64,000 nucleotides of DNA, taken from assembly GCA_000146465.1 (NCBI GenBank), contig CP001945.1, one strand, 5' to 3'. Positions within the stretch are counted from its first letter, which is position 1; the number at the start of each line of letters is the position of its first letter. Under the pieces are notes generated by a model that did not search any database, had not been told where the DNA came from, and saw only the letters and a program-made list of their open reading frames with translations. Positions 50,212-59,321 of the stretch are shown here, piece after piece. Made by a program: the position numbers and the translations under genes.

Positions 50212-50859
50212 TTATTCTGATTTCTTCTTGAAAATGTGCTTGACTTTATCATCGTTGAGCTCGGAGACGTCTGCATTCCGTAACTCCAGAACATTCTTAC
50301 CCACAGGTGCAACTCTGGAGAGTCCAAAGTCGTCTTCGATGATTAATTTAAACTTCGGATTGCTCATCAAGTCTCGGAAGTCTTCTAGTTTCTTTTCGCA
50401 GGTCTCTTTAGAAACGTCAGGATTTCTAAGGACCTCTCCACCCGGTCCGGTTGTTATGTTTCCCTTTCCACACAAGTTTTTAATTTGATCCTTTCCTTGT
50501 ATCAGAAAGGACTCAACATTCTGGATGCTGGGATAAGTGCTCGAAATTTTGAAAGAAAGGTTTTCTGAAATGATTTCCACTGATGCCATCTGGCTTAGGT
50601 TGATTTCTCTGGTAAGATCCTCTTTTCTATCGAAAAAGCATTCGATTCTGACACTTCCTCTTTTATCATATGTCTTTTCAAGAAACTTGACCGATCTGTC
50701 TCCACATTTTTCGCAGACAAACGCACAGATCACGTTTTCTGTTGTATCGTCAAGATCAACAATATTCATCTTCCCAGGCCACCCACAGCTCGCACATTTC
50801 ATATCTGTTTCCTTAGTGTTGTCTTTCACTACTCTTTCGTATCCTTCTTTGTCTTCCAT
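50212..50859 (-). CDS. ZPR1: ZPR1-type zinc-finger protein, single module
   Basis: CASCGWPGKM…x20…CAFVCEKCGDRS (C-x2-C…C-x2-C) followed by a ZPR1 A/B-like body containing IIEDDFGLSRV (cf. ZPR1 IDDPxGNS). Confidence 0.55.
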   Translation of the reverse strand: MEDKEGYERVVKDNTKETDMKCASCGWPGKMNIVDLDDTTENVICAFVCEKCGDRSVKFLEKTYDKRGSVRIECFFDRKEDLTREINLSQMASVEIISENLSFKISSTYPSIQNVESFLIQGKDQIKNLCGKGNITTGPGGEVLRNPDVSKETCEKKLEDFRDLMSNPKFKLIIEDDFGLSRVAPVGKNVLELRNADVSELNDDKVKHIFKKKSE

Positions 50860-51054
50860 AAGGGTATAGTCCTTAGGTTCTTCTTGAACTTGCTTTCTTA
50901 ATTTACGACTAGTAAGAGGACAAATTAATTCCGCCGCTGCAAAATCTCCAAATAGACCAATTACTACCAGAGAGGACGACTAAGTAGATCAATGAAAGTT
51001 TGGGAGGATAACCAATCAGATGAGAAATAGAAAGGCTGCCATCAACATGAAAAT

Positions 51055-52596
51055 TCAATCTCCAATATGTCTTATCCATACCTTGCACTCTCCACTAGCA
51101 CTGCAACTAACAATACTTGACTTTCTAAATATATTTACACTATCCAAGCCGATTATGTTTGACTCGTGAAGCTTCATTTTCGTTAATGATTTTCCGCTAT
51201 CGAACCAGACGCTGTGGGACGAGGCTGCAAGAAGGTTTTCGTCGATCAGAGTGGCTGTCCTGATATTCTCGTTTACATTCAGGACTTTGACCTTTTGGAT
51301 TCTCTTATCCAGCCAGATCACTTGATTTCTAAAAACCACGATAAAACCTTCCTTAACACGCTTGATTCCCAAGGCTTGGCCCTTAAGTATTTCCATCATT
51401 TCTATATTGAGTTCAAAATCATATACATAAACCCTTTGTCTATCGGCAAACATAAAGTTATCTTCAGATATGCAGCATATATGAAGGATCTCCCCACTAA
51501 GGACCTCTTCCCTCTCAAACATCCCTTCAAGATTCCATTTTCTCATCATGCCTCCACTGTCTAAAGAGTGGATCGAATCGAGAACTTCATAGCTAACTAT
51601 TGGCGCTGCATGTCCCCTTAAAGTCCCTGACACCTCCAAGCTCATTCCCTCCTTCACGATACATCTTACCAGTAAAAGCTCATTTCCTCCAGTTCCACAC
51701 ACAATTAATATGTCATTAGAATGTTCCTTTATCTTCATCTCTACAACCTGCTTTCCGTCGGTTTCCACACCCAGTTCTTTTTTTCCAGACAATAGATTAA
51801 CAGCAGTGATTGTCTTATTAGAAGATGCAACAAATAGAAGCTTGTGGTCTTTTGCCACTGCAGAGCACACCGTCACATGTTCATTGGGTACAAATGACAT
51901 TGCCTCCTTCAACCCAAACACCTTGTCTCCTACTCCAACACCAGATTCAAACAGAGGGCTGGAATCTCCTTGACTGGGAGCCAAGGACGGACTTACTGCA
52001 TTGCCATTTCTTCCCTCGTCTCGGAAATTCCTGGGCGGTACTTTACCAGAGGGAACATTCTGTTCTTCAAACCTAGGATATCTTGAATATCCTTGGGAGG
52101 CTCTATATCCAGGTCCAGATGCCCCTCCCTTTCTCGGGTCATAGAACCGTGGGCCTCCATCGGCTGTTGGTGACGCCTGCCCATACATTTCATACATTTT
52201 TCTTTGGTCAAATTGCTGGTGTTGATAATACATTGGGTATTGTTTATATGGATCCATCCCCCCTCCATATCCCATGGCCGTGGGATCCATTCTTCCTATA
52301 TGCTGATATCGTCTCTTTTCATTTTCCAACTTCATCATTATTCCCTCTATCCTACTGAGATCCTGAAGATTCGATGATAACCCGGACCTAACTGCTGAAA
52401 TGTCATGAAATGCTGCATACCATTGAGCAAGAACTGGCATTCCATCTCCAGGCTTAAAATCCCCAATCCCTGCCTCGTTAATAAATAACTTTGCTGAGCC
52501 TTCGTACTTCATCTTCAATAGGTAGTCATACACCAACATGTTTAGTGTGTCGTAAATACCCGAATCCTTCTTCTTGTAGGTATAATCCCCCATCAC
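51055..52596 (-). CDS. LisH/LUFS-domain WD40 protein with a Tyr/Gly/Gln-rich low-complexity linker (LEUNIG/Sif2/TBL1-like co-repressor architecture)
   Basis: N-terminal LisH IYDTLNMLVYDYLLKMKYEGSAKLFINEA. A YGGGMDPYKQYPMYYQHQQFDQ…GPGYRASQGYSRYP linker. C-terminal WD repeats (…ECKVWI…). Confidence 0.6.
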   Translation of the reverse strand: MMGDYTYKKKDSGIYDTLNMLVYDYLLKMKYEGSAKLFINEAGIGDFKPGDGMPVLAQWYAAFHDISAVRSGLSSNLQDLSRIEGIMMKLENEKRRYQHIGRMDPTAMGYGGGMDPYKQYPMYYQHQQFDQRKMYEMYGQASPTADGGPRFYDPRKGGASGPGYRASQGYSRYPRFEEQNVPSGKVPPRNFRDEGRNGNAVSPSLAPSQGDSSPLFESGVGVGDKVFGLKEAMSFVPNEHVTVCSAVAKDHKLLFVASSNKTITAVNLLSGKKELGVETDGKQVVEMKIKEHSNDILIVCGTGGNELLLVRCIVKEGMSLEVSGTLRGHAAPIVSYEVLDSIHSLDSGGMMRKWNLEGMFEREEVLSGEILHICCISEDNFMFADRQRVYVYDFELNIEMMEILKGQALGIKRVKEGFIVVFRNQVIWLDKRIQKVKVLNVNENIRTATLIDENLLAASSHSVWFDSGKSLTKMKLHESNIIGLDSVNIFRKSSIVSCSASGECKVWIRHIGD

Positions 52597-52774
52597 AAGG
52601 GGTCTTCAAATTAAAAACTTTAGTTACACTATAGAACACCTATCTGCTATATAGAGAAAGCTGATGTCATTTCAGGATATCCCTTTTCCTTTCCATTAAG
52701 AATACATACATCCCCCTGGTAATATCTCTGGATCACATTTATATGAATCATAATATTTATTACGTGTGTGGCTT

Positions 52775-53854
52775 CTACTTAGTCACTACAACAGAAAAGT
52801 CATTCCCAACATCAAAATCTATCACTTCAGGAAATTCATATGGAATCTTCTTCGGTTCAAACAGGGTTTCTTCTTCATGTCCCAATGCACCATTGAACCC
52901 GGTTCCCCACGAATATAGCTCATTTCCAACTTTACCTATGCTGAAGCTGTTATAAGAACGAACAGCTTCTACTCCACTAAGCCCAAGTTTGGTGGGAGAT
53001 TTGAGGTTTTCCACATTCTGGATCCCAAGCTGTCCTTCCTTATTTCTCCCACTTCCATATAGACTACCATCCTTAGTTACAAACAAACTGTGATTTTCTC
53101 CTCCTACTGCTTGAGATATGCCGTCCAAGGGAACCTTGTATTTGTTGAAAGTGCTTTCCGCCTTATCATGCCCCAACTGCCCGTATAGGTTAGATCCCCA
53201 ACAATAGGCTTCTCCATCTGTGTTCAGTGCTATCAGATGGTTCAGGCCAGATGCAATAGACTTGAACCTATGGTTCTGGAGGCGTTTTCTAGGAGTCGTA
53301 ACTGCATCTGGTATAAGAGCTCTTAATTTATTTCTTTCAGATGTTCTTCTTCCAAGCTCTCCAAATTCGTTCGATCCAAAGGTATAAATCACATCCTTTG
53401 AATCAAGTGCAGCTATGAAGCTTTGCCCTGCGCTCAAGGCCCTTATGTTTTTGAGAGGAACCTTTACGGGTTCAAAAGAAATGCCCTCAGAAGGAGTTAA
53501 TCCAAAGGTCCCGTTTGTCGATCGAAATGTTCCCCACACATAGACATGCCCACTGGAAGTCAATGCAGCAGAGATGGAGGCTCCGCAATCCATATCTACA
53601 ACCTTTTCTTGAAGACAAACTTTTTCAGGTGTGGATTCGTCTCCACCTCTTCCCAGAGCTCCTTCGTCATTGCATCCCCAGGAATATAGAGTTCCACTAG
53701 TATCGAGGACCAACGTATGTAATGACCCACATCGAACCTTGGATAAAGACATTCCGTCAAAAAAAGAAAGTCTGGTTGGAACATGAGTACTTCCTTCATC
53801 TTCTCCCAGCCCTAGCTGAGATATGGCATTTGATCCAAAAACAAAAACACTCAT
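52775..53854 (-). CDS. RCC1: RCC1-repeat protein (Ran guanine-nucleotide exchange factor)
   Basis: Seven RCC1 blades with recurring GxNxxGQLG motifs (FVFGSNAISQLGLG, YSWGCNDEGALG, YCWGSNLYGQLG, YGSGRNKEGQLG, YSWGTGFNGALG). Confidence 0.8.
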   Translation of the reverse strand: MSVFVFGSNAISQLGLGEDEGSTHVPTRLSFFDGMSLSKVRCGSLHTLVLDTSGTLYSWGCNDEGALGRGGDESTPEKVCLQEKVVDMDCGASISAALTSSGHVYVWGTFRSTNGTFGLTPSEGISFEPVKVPLKNIRALSAGQSFIAALDSKDVIYTFGSNEFGELGRRTSERNKLRALIPDAVTTPRKRLQNHRFKSIASGLNHLIALNTDGEAYCWGSNLYGQLGHDKAESTFNKYKVPLDGISQAVGGENHSLFVTKDGSLYGSGRNKEGQLGIQNVENLKSPTKLGLSGVEAVRSYNSFSIGKVGNELYSWGTGFNGALGHEEETLFEPKKIPYEFPEVIDFDVGNDFSVVVTK

Positions 53855-53923
53855 TCTAAGGACTTTCTTTATTTTTGAAAATTTATTCTTCCTAGGTATA
53901 ATCTTCTACTTTTTTGAGTCCTT

Positions 53924-54781
53924 ATGAAGCTTGAATTTTCCAACGGCTTTGAAGACTTGGCATTTGTCTTAAAATACTTCAATGCCGATTCCAGCCTGGA
54001 AAAGGTGGAAAGCGGGTTAAGGCTTACCGATGGGGGAGAAGAATACGTGGGACTAGACAACGTATTGGCTTTTTTGTACAGAACTTACGAGCCAGGACAC
54101 AACAATAAAAGTATCAAAGAAACAAAGAAATTGAGGGAAAGTCCAGAAGTGAGGAAGGTAGAGGAAAGTATATCAAGTCTTGTATCATTTTATGGGCTGT
54201 ATCGTCAGATGATTACACAAGGCATATTAAAAAATAAGGTGTTTATCGACCAAATGGTTGAGCATATTAGGCCAAGAATGAGTCTGGACTCTGATTTTCA
54301 ACTGCTAGACATACAGGTTGGAGAGATAGTAGACATTGGCGATGTTCAAGGACTTGATAAGCTTTATTCTGAGAGGGTTGTTGCAAAGGAAGAGATAAGA
54401 GTTTTAAGTGGGCTGAAAGGCTATGTAGAAAAAGAACATCTATTAGGAAACAAATTCCTCTTTGTTACCAACATGAAGCCAGCCAAATTCAAGGGAGAGA
54501 CTTCTGAAGGAATGATTCTATGTGGGAAGGATAAGGATGGAAAGATCGAGCCTATTTTGATACCAAAAGAGATACAGAATGGGGCCAGGTTAGGACTAGA
54601 AGGATTTGAAATGCTTCTTAATGACTTTAGTTCTGGAAAGGTTGACATGAGAAAGAGTGGATATGCCCATGCTCTAGAATCGTTTAAGATAATAGACCAT
54701 TTCCTCACTTTTAAGGGCATAAAGGTCACTTGCGAAGGAAAGTTCATCAAAACTCATACTTCCGATGGCCTGGTAAGTTGA
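53924..54781 (+). CDS. ARC1: Arc1p/EMAP-like tRNA-binding aminoacylation cofactor (GST-like N-domain plus OB-fold tRNA-binding domain)
   Basis: Myf/tRNA_bind domain LDIQVGEIVDIGDVQGLDKLYSERVVAKEEIRVLSGLKGYVEKEHLLGNKFLFVTNMKPAKFKGETSEGMILCG. Confidence 0.7.
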   Translation: MKLEFSNGFEDLAFVLKYFNADSSLEKVESGLRLTDGGEEYVGLDNVLAFLYRTYEPGHNNKSIKETKKLRESPEVRKVEESISSLVSFYGLYRQMITQGILKNKVFIDQMVEHIRPRMSLDSDFQLLDIQVGEIVDIGDVQGLDKLYSERVVAKEEIRVLSGLKGYVEKEHLLGNKFLFVTNMKPAKFKGETSEGMILCGKDKDGKIEPILIPKEIQNGARLGLEGFEMLLNDFSSGKVDMRKSGYAHALESFKIIDHFLTFKGIKVTCEGKFIKTHTSDGLVS

Positions 54782-54866
54782 TTAAATCGACTTCAAGCGA
54801 TGTAACTAAATAGTGTTTTCCTTGATTCTAAGATAAATAAAATTTCCAGCCTGGGGCGAGGAATAG

Positions 54867-55613
54867 ATGGAAGTTAAAAACGGCATAGATTACGTCTTTC
54901 GAGGATCTAGAGATGAGGTGAAACAAACCTTTAAGTTCCAAGGATCAGCTATAGTTCTGACACCGTACAGAAGTAAATGCTCTGGATTAGCATATTTAGA
55001 AGACAGTGAAGAAATTGTGATGACACCAAAGATGGCTTTGGAAAGAAGTTTCGATAAGATGAAAGGCGGACATGTGATTGTAGAGGATTGTGAGTTGATG
55101 GATGGGTTTGGGTATATGGAAGATTTAATATGTCTGAAGAGGAAGGGGATTTCATTTATCCTTCTGAATGCCCAGAAAGTTCCCAAGTTTGCAGAGAATC
55201 CTGTCTTTATATCTAGCAATAGATACTTTATAAAAGCAACAAAGGATGAAAGATATGCTGCAATTTTTGCATTATGTAAGATTTATAAGAATGTGTGCAT
55301 TATATGTAAGGATGTAGAGAGGATGAAGATGTTTTCTGAGATTTTCAAGCTAAATCTGGATGTTGTTGGGCACGGAGATGCTGTAGACGGTAGAAGCGTT
55401 GTTATTGTGATGGATGGGTTGGTAAATATTAAGTGTGAGAAGCTATTCTATGTTGGGGATAAATGTAAAGGAATGAAAACGATGGTTTTAGACACGAGCA
55501 AAATTGGGAAATTTCTGTATAGGGTCAGGGATGTGTGTAATATGCTTTCCCCGGGAGTTGTAAGGGGGAAAAAGGAATTGAATATCAATAGGTTTCGCGG
55601 GATTGAGAAATAG
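54867..55613 (+). CDS. Degenerate DEAD-box-like protein lacking motifs Q/I (helicase C-domain-like 'pseudo-helicase')
   Basis: Remnants colinear with DEAD-box motifs Ib-VI: TPYRSKCSGLA (like PTRELA), VIVEDCELMD (like DEAD), FILLNAQ (like SAT), HGDAVDGRS (like HGDMSQ), VVIVMDGL (like VLVATD). There is no Walker A, and no room upstream for domain 1. Confidence 0.3.
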   Translation: MEVKNGIDYVFRGSRDEVKQTFKFQGSAIVLTPYRSKCSGLAYLEDSEEIVMTPKMALERSFDKMKGGHVIVEDCELMDGFGYMEDLICLKRKGISFILLNAQKVPKFAENPVFISSNRYFIKATKDERYAAIFALCKIYKNVCIICKDVERMKMFSEIFKLNLDVVGHGDAVDGRSVVIVMDGLVNIKCEKLFYVGDKCKGMKTMVLDTSKIGKFLYRVRDVCNMLSPGVVRGKKELNINRFRGIEK

Positions 55614-55657
55614 AAATGGCTAGAACAGTGAAATGACTTGCGAAGAGACCCCTATAT

Positions 55658-56653
55658 TTGATGGTGAGCTCGCCGGACAGCAAAGTCTTCGGCGAGAATG
55701 TTATTGACGAAAAGTTGGTAAGAAAGCTATGCTTTGGAGGGGTGAGGAACAAGTACCGAGGAGTTGCATGGAGGATTCTCTTTCAGGTTGTTGGGTTGAA
55801 AAAACAATTTCACAGAGAGGAGGTCGAGGTCGGGCATGCTAAATATGCTGAAATGGTGGCTCGGATGGGATGTTCTTGCCAAATGGGTGAGTATTTCTAT
55901 GGGGGAAGAGATTTGAACATAGACAAAAGCAGCCTTGAAAACCTAAACAAGACGAAACATCATGCACTTAAGTTGCCTGAAAAGATAGTGCATCAAATTG
56001 ATCTTGACATAAAAAGAATAGATCTTAGATACAGGACTTATCTAGGAGTAGATATATCATATATGTATTACCGTGTATTATGGCTGATTGCATATAAAAG
56101 ACCGCTACTTGGATATATCCAAGGAATGGCTGATATTTTGGTTCCTTTTGTCTTTGTTTTTTCGCATGAAGATGTCGAGAGAGCTGAAAGCAATGCCTAT
56201 TTCTGTTATGCTCGGTTACTAGATGAGACACAGCACAACATAATGGATCTACAAACAGGAATGATTAAAAGTCTGGATTTTGTTTTGCAGATGGTAGACC
56301 CGGACTTGCATAAGTTCCTGAAAGACATTGGGTTAGAAATACATATGTTTGCATTCAGATGGTTTAATTGTTTCTTTACCCGAGAATTCAAGATTCCAAT
56401 TCTGCTCAAGGTTTTGGATACTATTTTTTCCTCTGACAGCATCAATGAGTCTTTGCTGTACTTTGGAGTAGCTCTTCTGATGAAGTTCAAGCCTGTTTTG
56501 ATTGAGAACGACTTTTCTCATAATATCCTGTTTTTGCAAAGCATATACGAACAGACTTGGGAAGAAGCAGAAATAGAGCTTGTTTTGTCATCAGCGAAAT
56601 TTTATAGAAAAGTGACTTCTAAGCAACTGCTTTGGTCTCGGTTCTGGGGTTGA
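55658..56653 (+). CDS. TBC-domain Rab GTPase-activating protein
   Basis: Arg-finger motif RKLCFGGVRNKYRGVAWRILF and Gln-finger motif LGYIQGMADILVPF. Confidence 0.7.
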   Translation: MMVSSPDSKVFGENVIDEKLVRKLCFGGVRNKYRGVAWRILFQVVGLKKQFHREEVEVGHAKYAEMVARMGCSCQMGEYFYGGRDLNIDKSSLENLNKTKHHALKLPEKIVHQIDLDIKRIDLRYRTYLGVDISYMYYRVLWLIAYKRPLLGYIQGMADILVPFVFVFSHEDVERAESNAYFCYARLLDETQHNIMDLQTGMIKSLDFVLQMVDPDLHKFLKDIGLEIHMFAFRWFNCFFTREFKIPILLKVLDTIFSSDSINESLLYFGVALLMKFKPVLIENDFSHNILFLQSIYEQTWEEAEIELVLSSAKFYRKVTSKQLLWSRFWG

Positions 56654-56742
56654 CTCCATCAAGAAACGCTGCTGAAAATTGCCCTTTGTCTTTATAGAGA
56701 TGTCAGATTATAGAGAATTTGTTTTGTTTAGAATGACCCCTG

Positions 56743-57318
56743 ATGAATATAGTCTTTCTTTTATTAGGAAAGGTGATATCAGATGCATTTTCCCAATTGC
56801 CAGTACTCAGAAAGGAGGATATATCGCTAGATGATGCATTCCTTGTATACATCTATTACTCTAGGCCAAATGTTCATTGCCCCGCTTGTGAGTCATTCAA
56901 TCAAAGTATCTCTGATCTTCAAAAATACATTCCTGTGAAGAAAATAAATTTCTTTGAGGATCCAAAGATTGCTTCACGCTTCTACACATTCTTGTTTCCG
57001 TCTTTTGTTGTAAGGGACAAAGGACGCAGCTACCACCTGGATGTGGATAGTTTTGAGGAGTTGGAAGAGATTATAAGAGATAGAAAATGGACCCAATTTA
57101 AGCCTATAAGATTATGGATGGATGTGGATTCATACTTTATTAATATGTATTCTCTTGCAAATTGCATCTTTTTCAAGGCTATGCAAAGATTATATGTTGT
57201 TTTTGACACCGTTCCCGAATGGGCTATAAATTTTGGATTTAGTGCTATCATTGGATACATGGTTTACTCTATATGCCTGGTCTTCATGGTACCGCCTTCA
57301 GATAAAAAGAAGGAATAA
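56743..57318 (+). CDS. Thioredoxin-fold membrane protein with CPAC motif (TMX-like)
   Basis: N-terminal signal MNIVFLLLGKVISDA. YYSRPNVHCPACESF (CxxC active-site-like). C-terminal TM FGFSAIIGYMVYSICLVFMV and a KKKE tail. Confidence 0.4.
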   Translation: MNIVFLLLGKVISDAFSQLPVLRKEDISLDDAFLVYIYYSRPNVHCPACESFNQSISDLQKYIPVKKINFFEDPKIASRFYTFLFPSFVVRDKGRSYHLDVDSFEELEEIIRDRKWTQFKPIRLWMDVDSYFINMYSLANCIFFKAMQRLYVVFDTVPEWAINFGFSAIIGYMVYSICLVFMVPPSDKKKE

Positions 57319-57363
57319 ATATGTAACCTCTGTGTATCCTTTTCATCCTCTTAATAGAATATT

Positions 57364-58041
57364 TTGTGTGATCTTACTACCCTGATGGAGGATCTTACAA
57401 AGATACTAAAGGAGGCTGTGAAAGATCATACAGAATATTTGAGAAAGTTTATTTTGGCTTTCAAAAACGACCGGAAGGAGCTGGAAATAAGACTGGGGAG
57501 AATAGTTTCCAAAGAAGATGGAAACAGAATGAAACTTGATACGGTGGCACCTGTTGTGTTCAAAAACATCCCTGCAGAATATAGATTTGAGAGTGCAGTT
57601 GATCTTGCAGATTTTAATTCTCTCAAGAGGCTTCTTTCCTCTTTTAAGAGCGAGACAAAGAATGATGTGGTTATAATTAATGAGGATGGAAGGGAAACGT
57701 ATGAGAATGGAGAGTTAAAGAAGGTTGAAAAAAAAACAAGATCGGAAAAGCTTGACATATATATTCCTGGAAAGAAGTATGATGTGAGGCTTGTTTTAAA
57801 TGAGGAGAAAGAAGTATTCAAGCGTGCCAGTAAGAAGAAGGCTATTATGAAAAGAACAAGGCGAAGAGAAACATACTTTATAGAACCTTACGGATTTGAT
57901 TTTACAGAAGCTATTCTTTCAGGGGAAAGGGAGGAGAAAAGAAAATTTGAGGTTGAAGTGGAGGTGTTCAGTTCCGAGAAGCTAGTGTCAAGTGATTTTG
58001 TCTCTTTGATATACAACTTCAATGTTGATTCTCTTGTATAA
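57364..58041 (+). CDS. CET1: mRNA 5'-triphosphatase, Cet1-like (metal-dependent, fungal/microsporidian type)
   Basis: Motif A ELEIRLGRI (ELExRFG), triphosphate-tunnel beta-strand motifs, and motif C KFEVEVEVF. The 225-aa size matches the minimal microsporidian Cet1. Confidence 0.7.
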   Translation: MCDLTTLMEDLTKILKEAVKDHTEYLRKFILAFKNDRKELEIRLGRIVSKEDGNRMKLDTVAPVVFKNIPAEYRFESAVDLADFNSLKRLLSSFKSETKNDVVIINEDGRETYENGELKKVEKKTRSEKLDIYIPGKKYDVRLVLNEEKEVFKRASKKKAIMKRTRRRETYFIEPYGFDFTEAILSGEREEKRKFEVEVEVFSSEKLVSSDFVSLIYNFNVDSLV

Positions 58042-58193
58042 TAAATTTTTATTCCTAGCCAATTGGAGAGGAGTTTCGGCTTCTTCTATATAGAAATCAG
58101 CATGAACTATCTCTTCTGGTGAATAAGGAAGATGTTCAGGTCTGGCTTAGCGACGGAAGCTGGGAAGAAAAACTGAAAAATTTTGTACCCCGG

Positions 58194-58838
58194 ATGGAGA
58201 GAAGAGAACTAACATACAAGATATGCTTGATAGGGGATGGAGGAGTCGGTAAGACGACTTATATAAATAGGGTGCTTGATGGGAGGTTTGAAAAGAACTA
58301 CAACGCAACTGTAGGAGCAGTGAATCACCCGGTGACATTTCTCGATGACCAAGGGAACGTCATTAAGTTCAATGTTTGGGACACAGCAGGACAAGAGAAG
58401 AAGGCAGTATTGAAGGATGTGTACTACATAGGCGCAAGCGGTGCTATTTTTTTCTTTGATGTGACATCCAGAATTACATGCCAAAATCTTGCTCGTTGGG
58501 TTAAGGAGTTCCAAGCGGTTGTTGGCAATGAAGCACCTATAGTTGTATGCGCCAATAAGATCGATATAAAGAATAGGCAGAAGATTAGTAAGAAGCTAGT
58601 GATGGAGGTCTTGAAGGGGAAGAACTATGAGTACTTTGAGATCAGTGCCAAGACAGCACACAACTTTGGGCTTCCGTTTTTGCATTTAGCCCGGACATTC
58701 ACTGGAAGGCCCGATCTTATATTTGTGTCGAATGTGAATCTTGAGCCGACAGAAGTCAACTACGATTACCATAGTCCTGAGGAAACAAAATATATCGACT
58801 ACATGGAGCAGGCGGCAAAGATGGCACCTGAGGAGTAA
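58194..58838 (+). CDS. GSP1: GTP-binding nuclear protein Ran
   Basis: KICLIGDGGVGKTTYINR, KFNVWDTAGQEK, CANKIDIK, ISAK, and near full-length colinearity with Ran/Gsp1. The conserved start is MERRELTYK (58194); the ORF track starts at 58119. Confidence 0.9.
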   Translation: MERRELTYKICLIGDGGVGKTTYINRVLDGRFEKNYNATVGAVNHPVTFLDDQGNVIKFNVWDTAGQEKKAVLKDVYYIGASGAIFFFDVTSRITCQNLARWVKEFQAVVGNEAPIVVCANKIDIKNRQKISKKLVMEVLKGKNYEYFEISAKTAHNFGLPFLHLARTFTGRPDLIFVSNVNLEPTEVNYDYHSPEETKYIDYMEQAAKMAPEE

Positions 58839-58912
58839 GATTAAAAGTAATACATCCTATGATTTGTTTTTGGTAGAAATGGAAAGAAATAGAACGTTAA
58901 TTCTGTCCTCTT

Positions 58913-59284
58913 TTGAGCCCTGAAATGGAGAAGAAGTTTCCAACAGTTGTGACCATAGGAGGACGAAGATATGTTAAAAATAATATTAACAAAAGTTCTG
59001 TCGATGGAAGAATGAAGTTAAGAGAAGCGATTAAGTCCCTGGGTAGGAAGGTCCAGAAGTCCAAGATTTCACATTGCACTATCGAGAGTAAAACTAGTTT
59101 GCATGCTTACAAGCTGGACGATTCCAAGGTCCTCTTCAACAAGAATAACAAGCCTATTGGATTCATAGTCACTGGAAAATCAGAGACTATTGAGAAGGCG
59201 ATAGGAAAAGAGATTTCTAGAAAAATAGATGGAGAAGATGTTCCAAAAGAATCCGAAAACATCGAAAGAGAGGAGAAGCCTTAA
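58913..59284 (+). CDS. Hypothetical basic protein (123 aa)
   Basis: Intact ORF, Lys-rich, possibly a nucleic-acid-binding fold. No motif. Confidence 0.3.
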   Translation: MSPEMEKKFPTVVTIGGRRYVKNNINKSSVDGRMKLREAIKSLGRKVQKSKISHCTIESKTSLHAYKLDDSKVLFNKNNKPIGFIVTGKSETIEKAIGKEISRKIDGEDVPKESENIEREEKP

Positions 59285-59321
59285 GGCCTTTATTGACTAA
59301 TTAAATGTTTTTAATAAGTTT

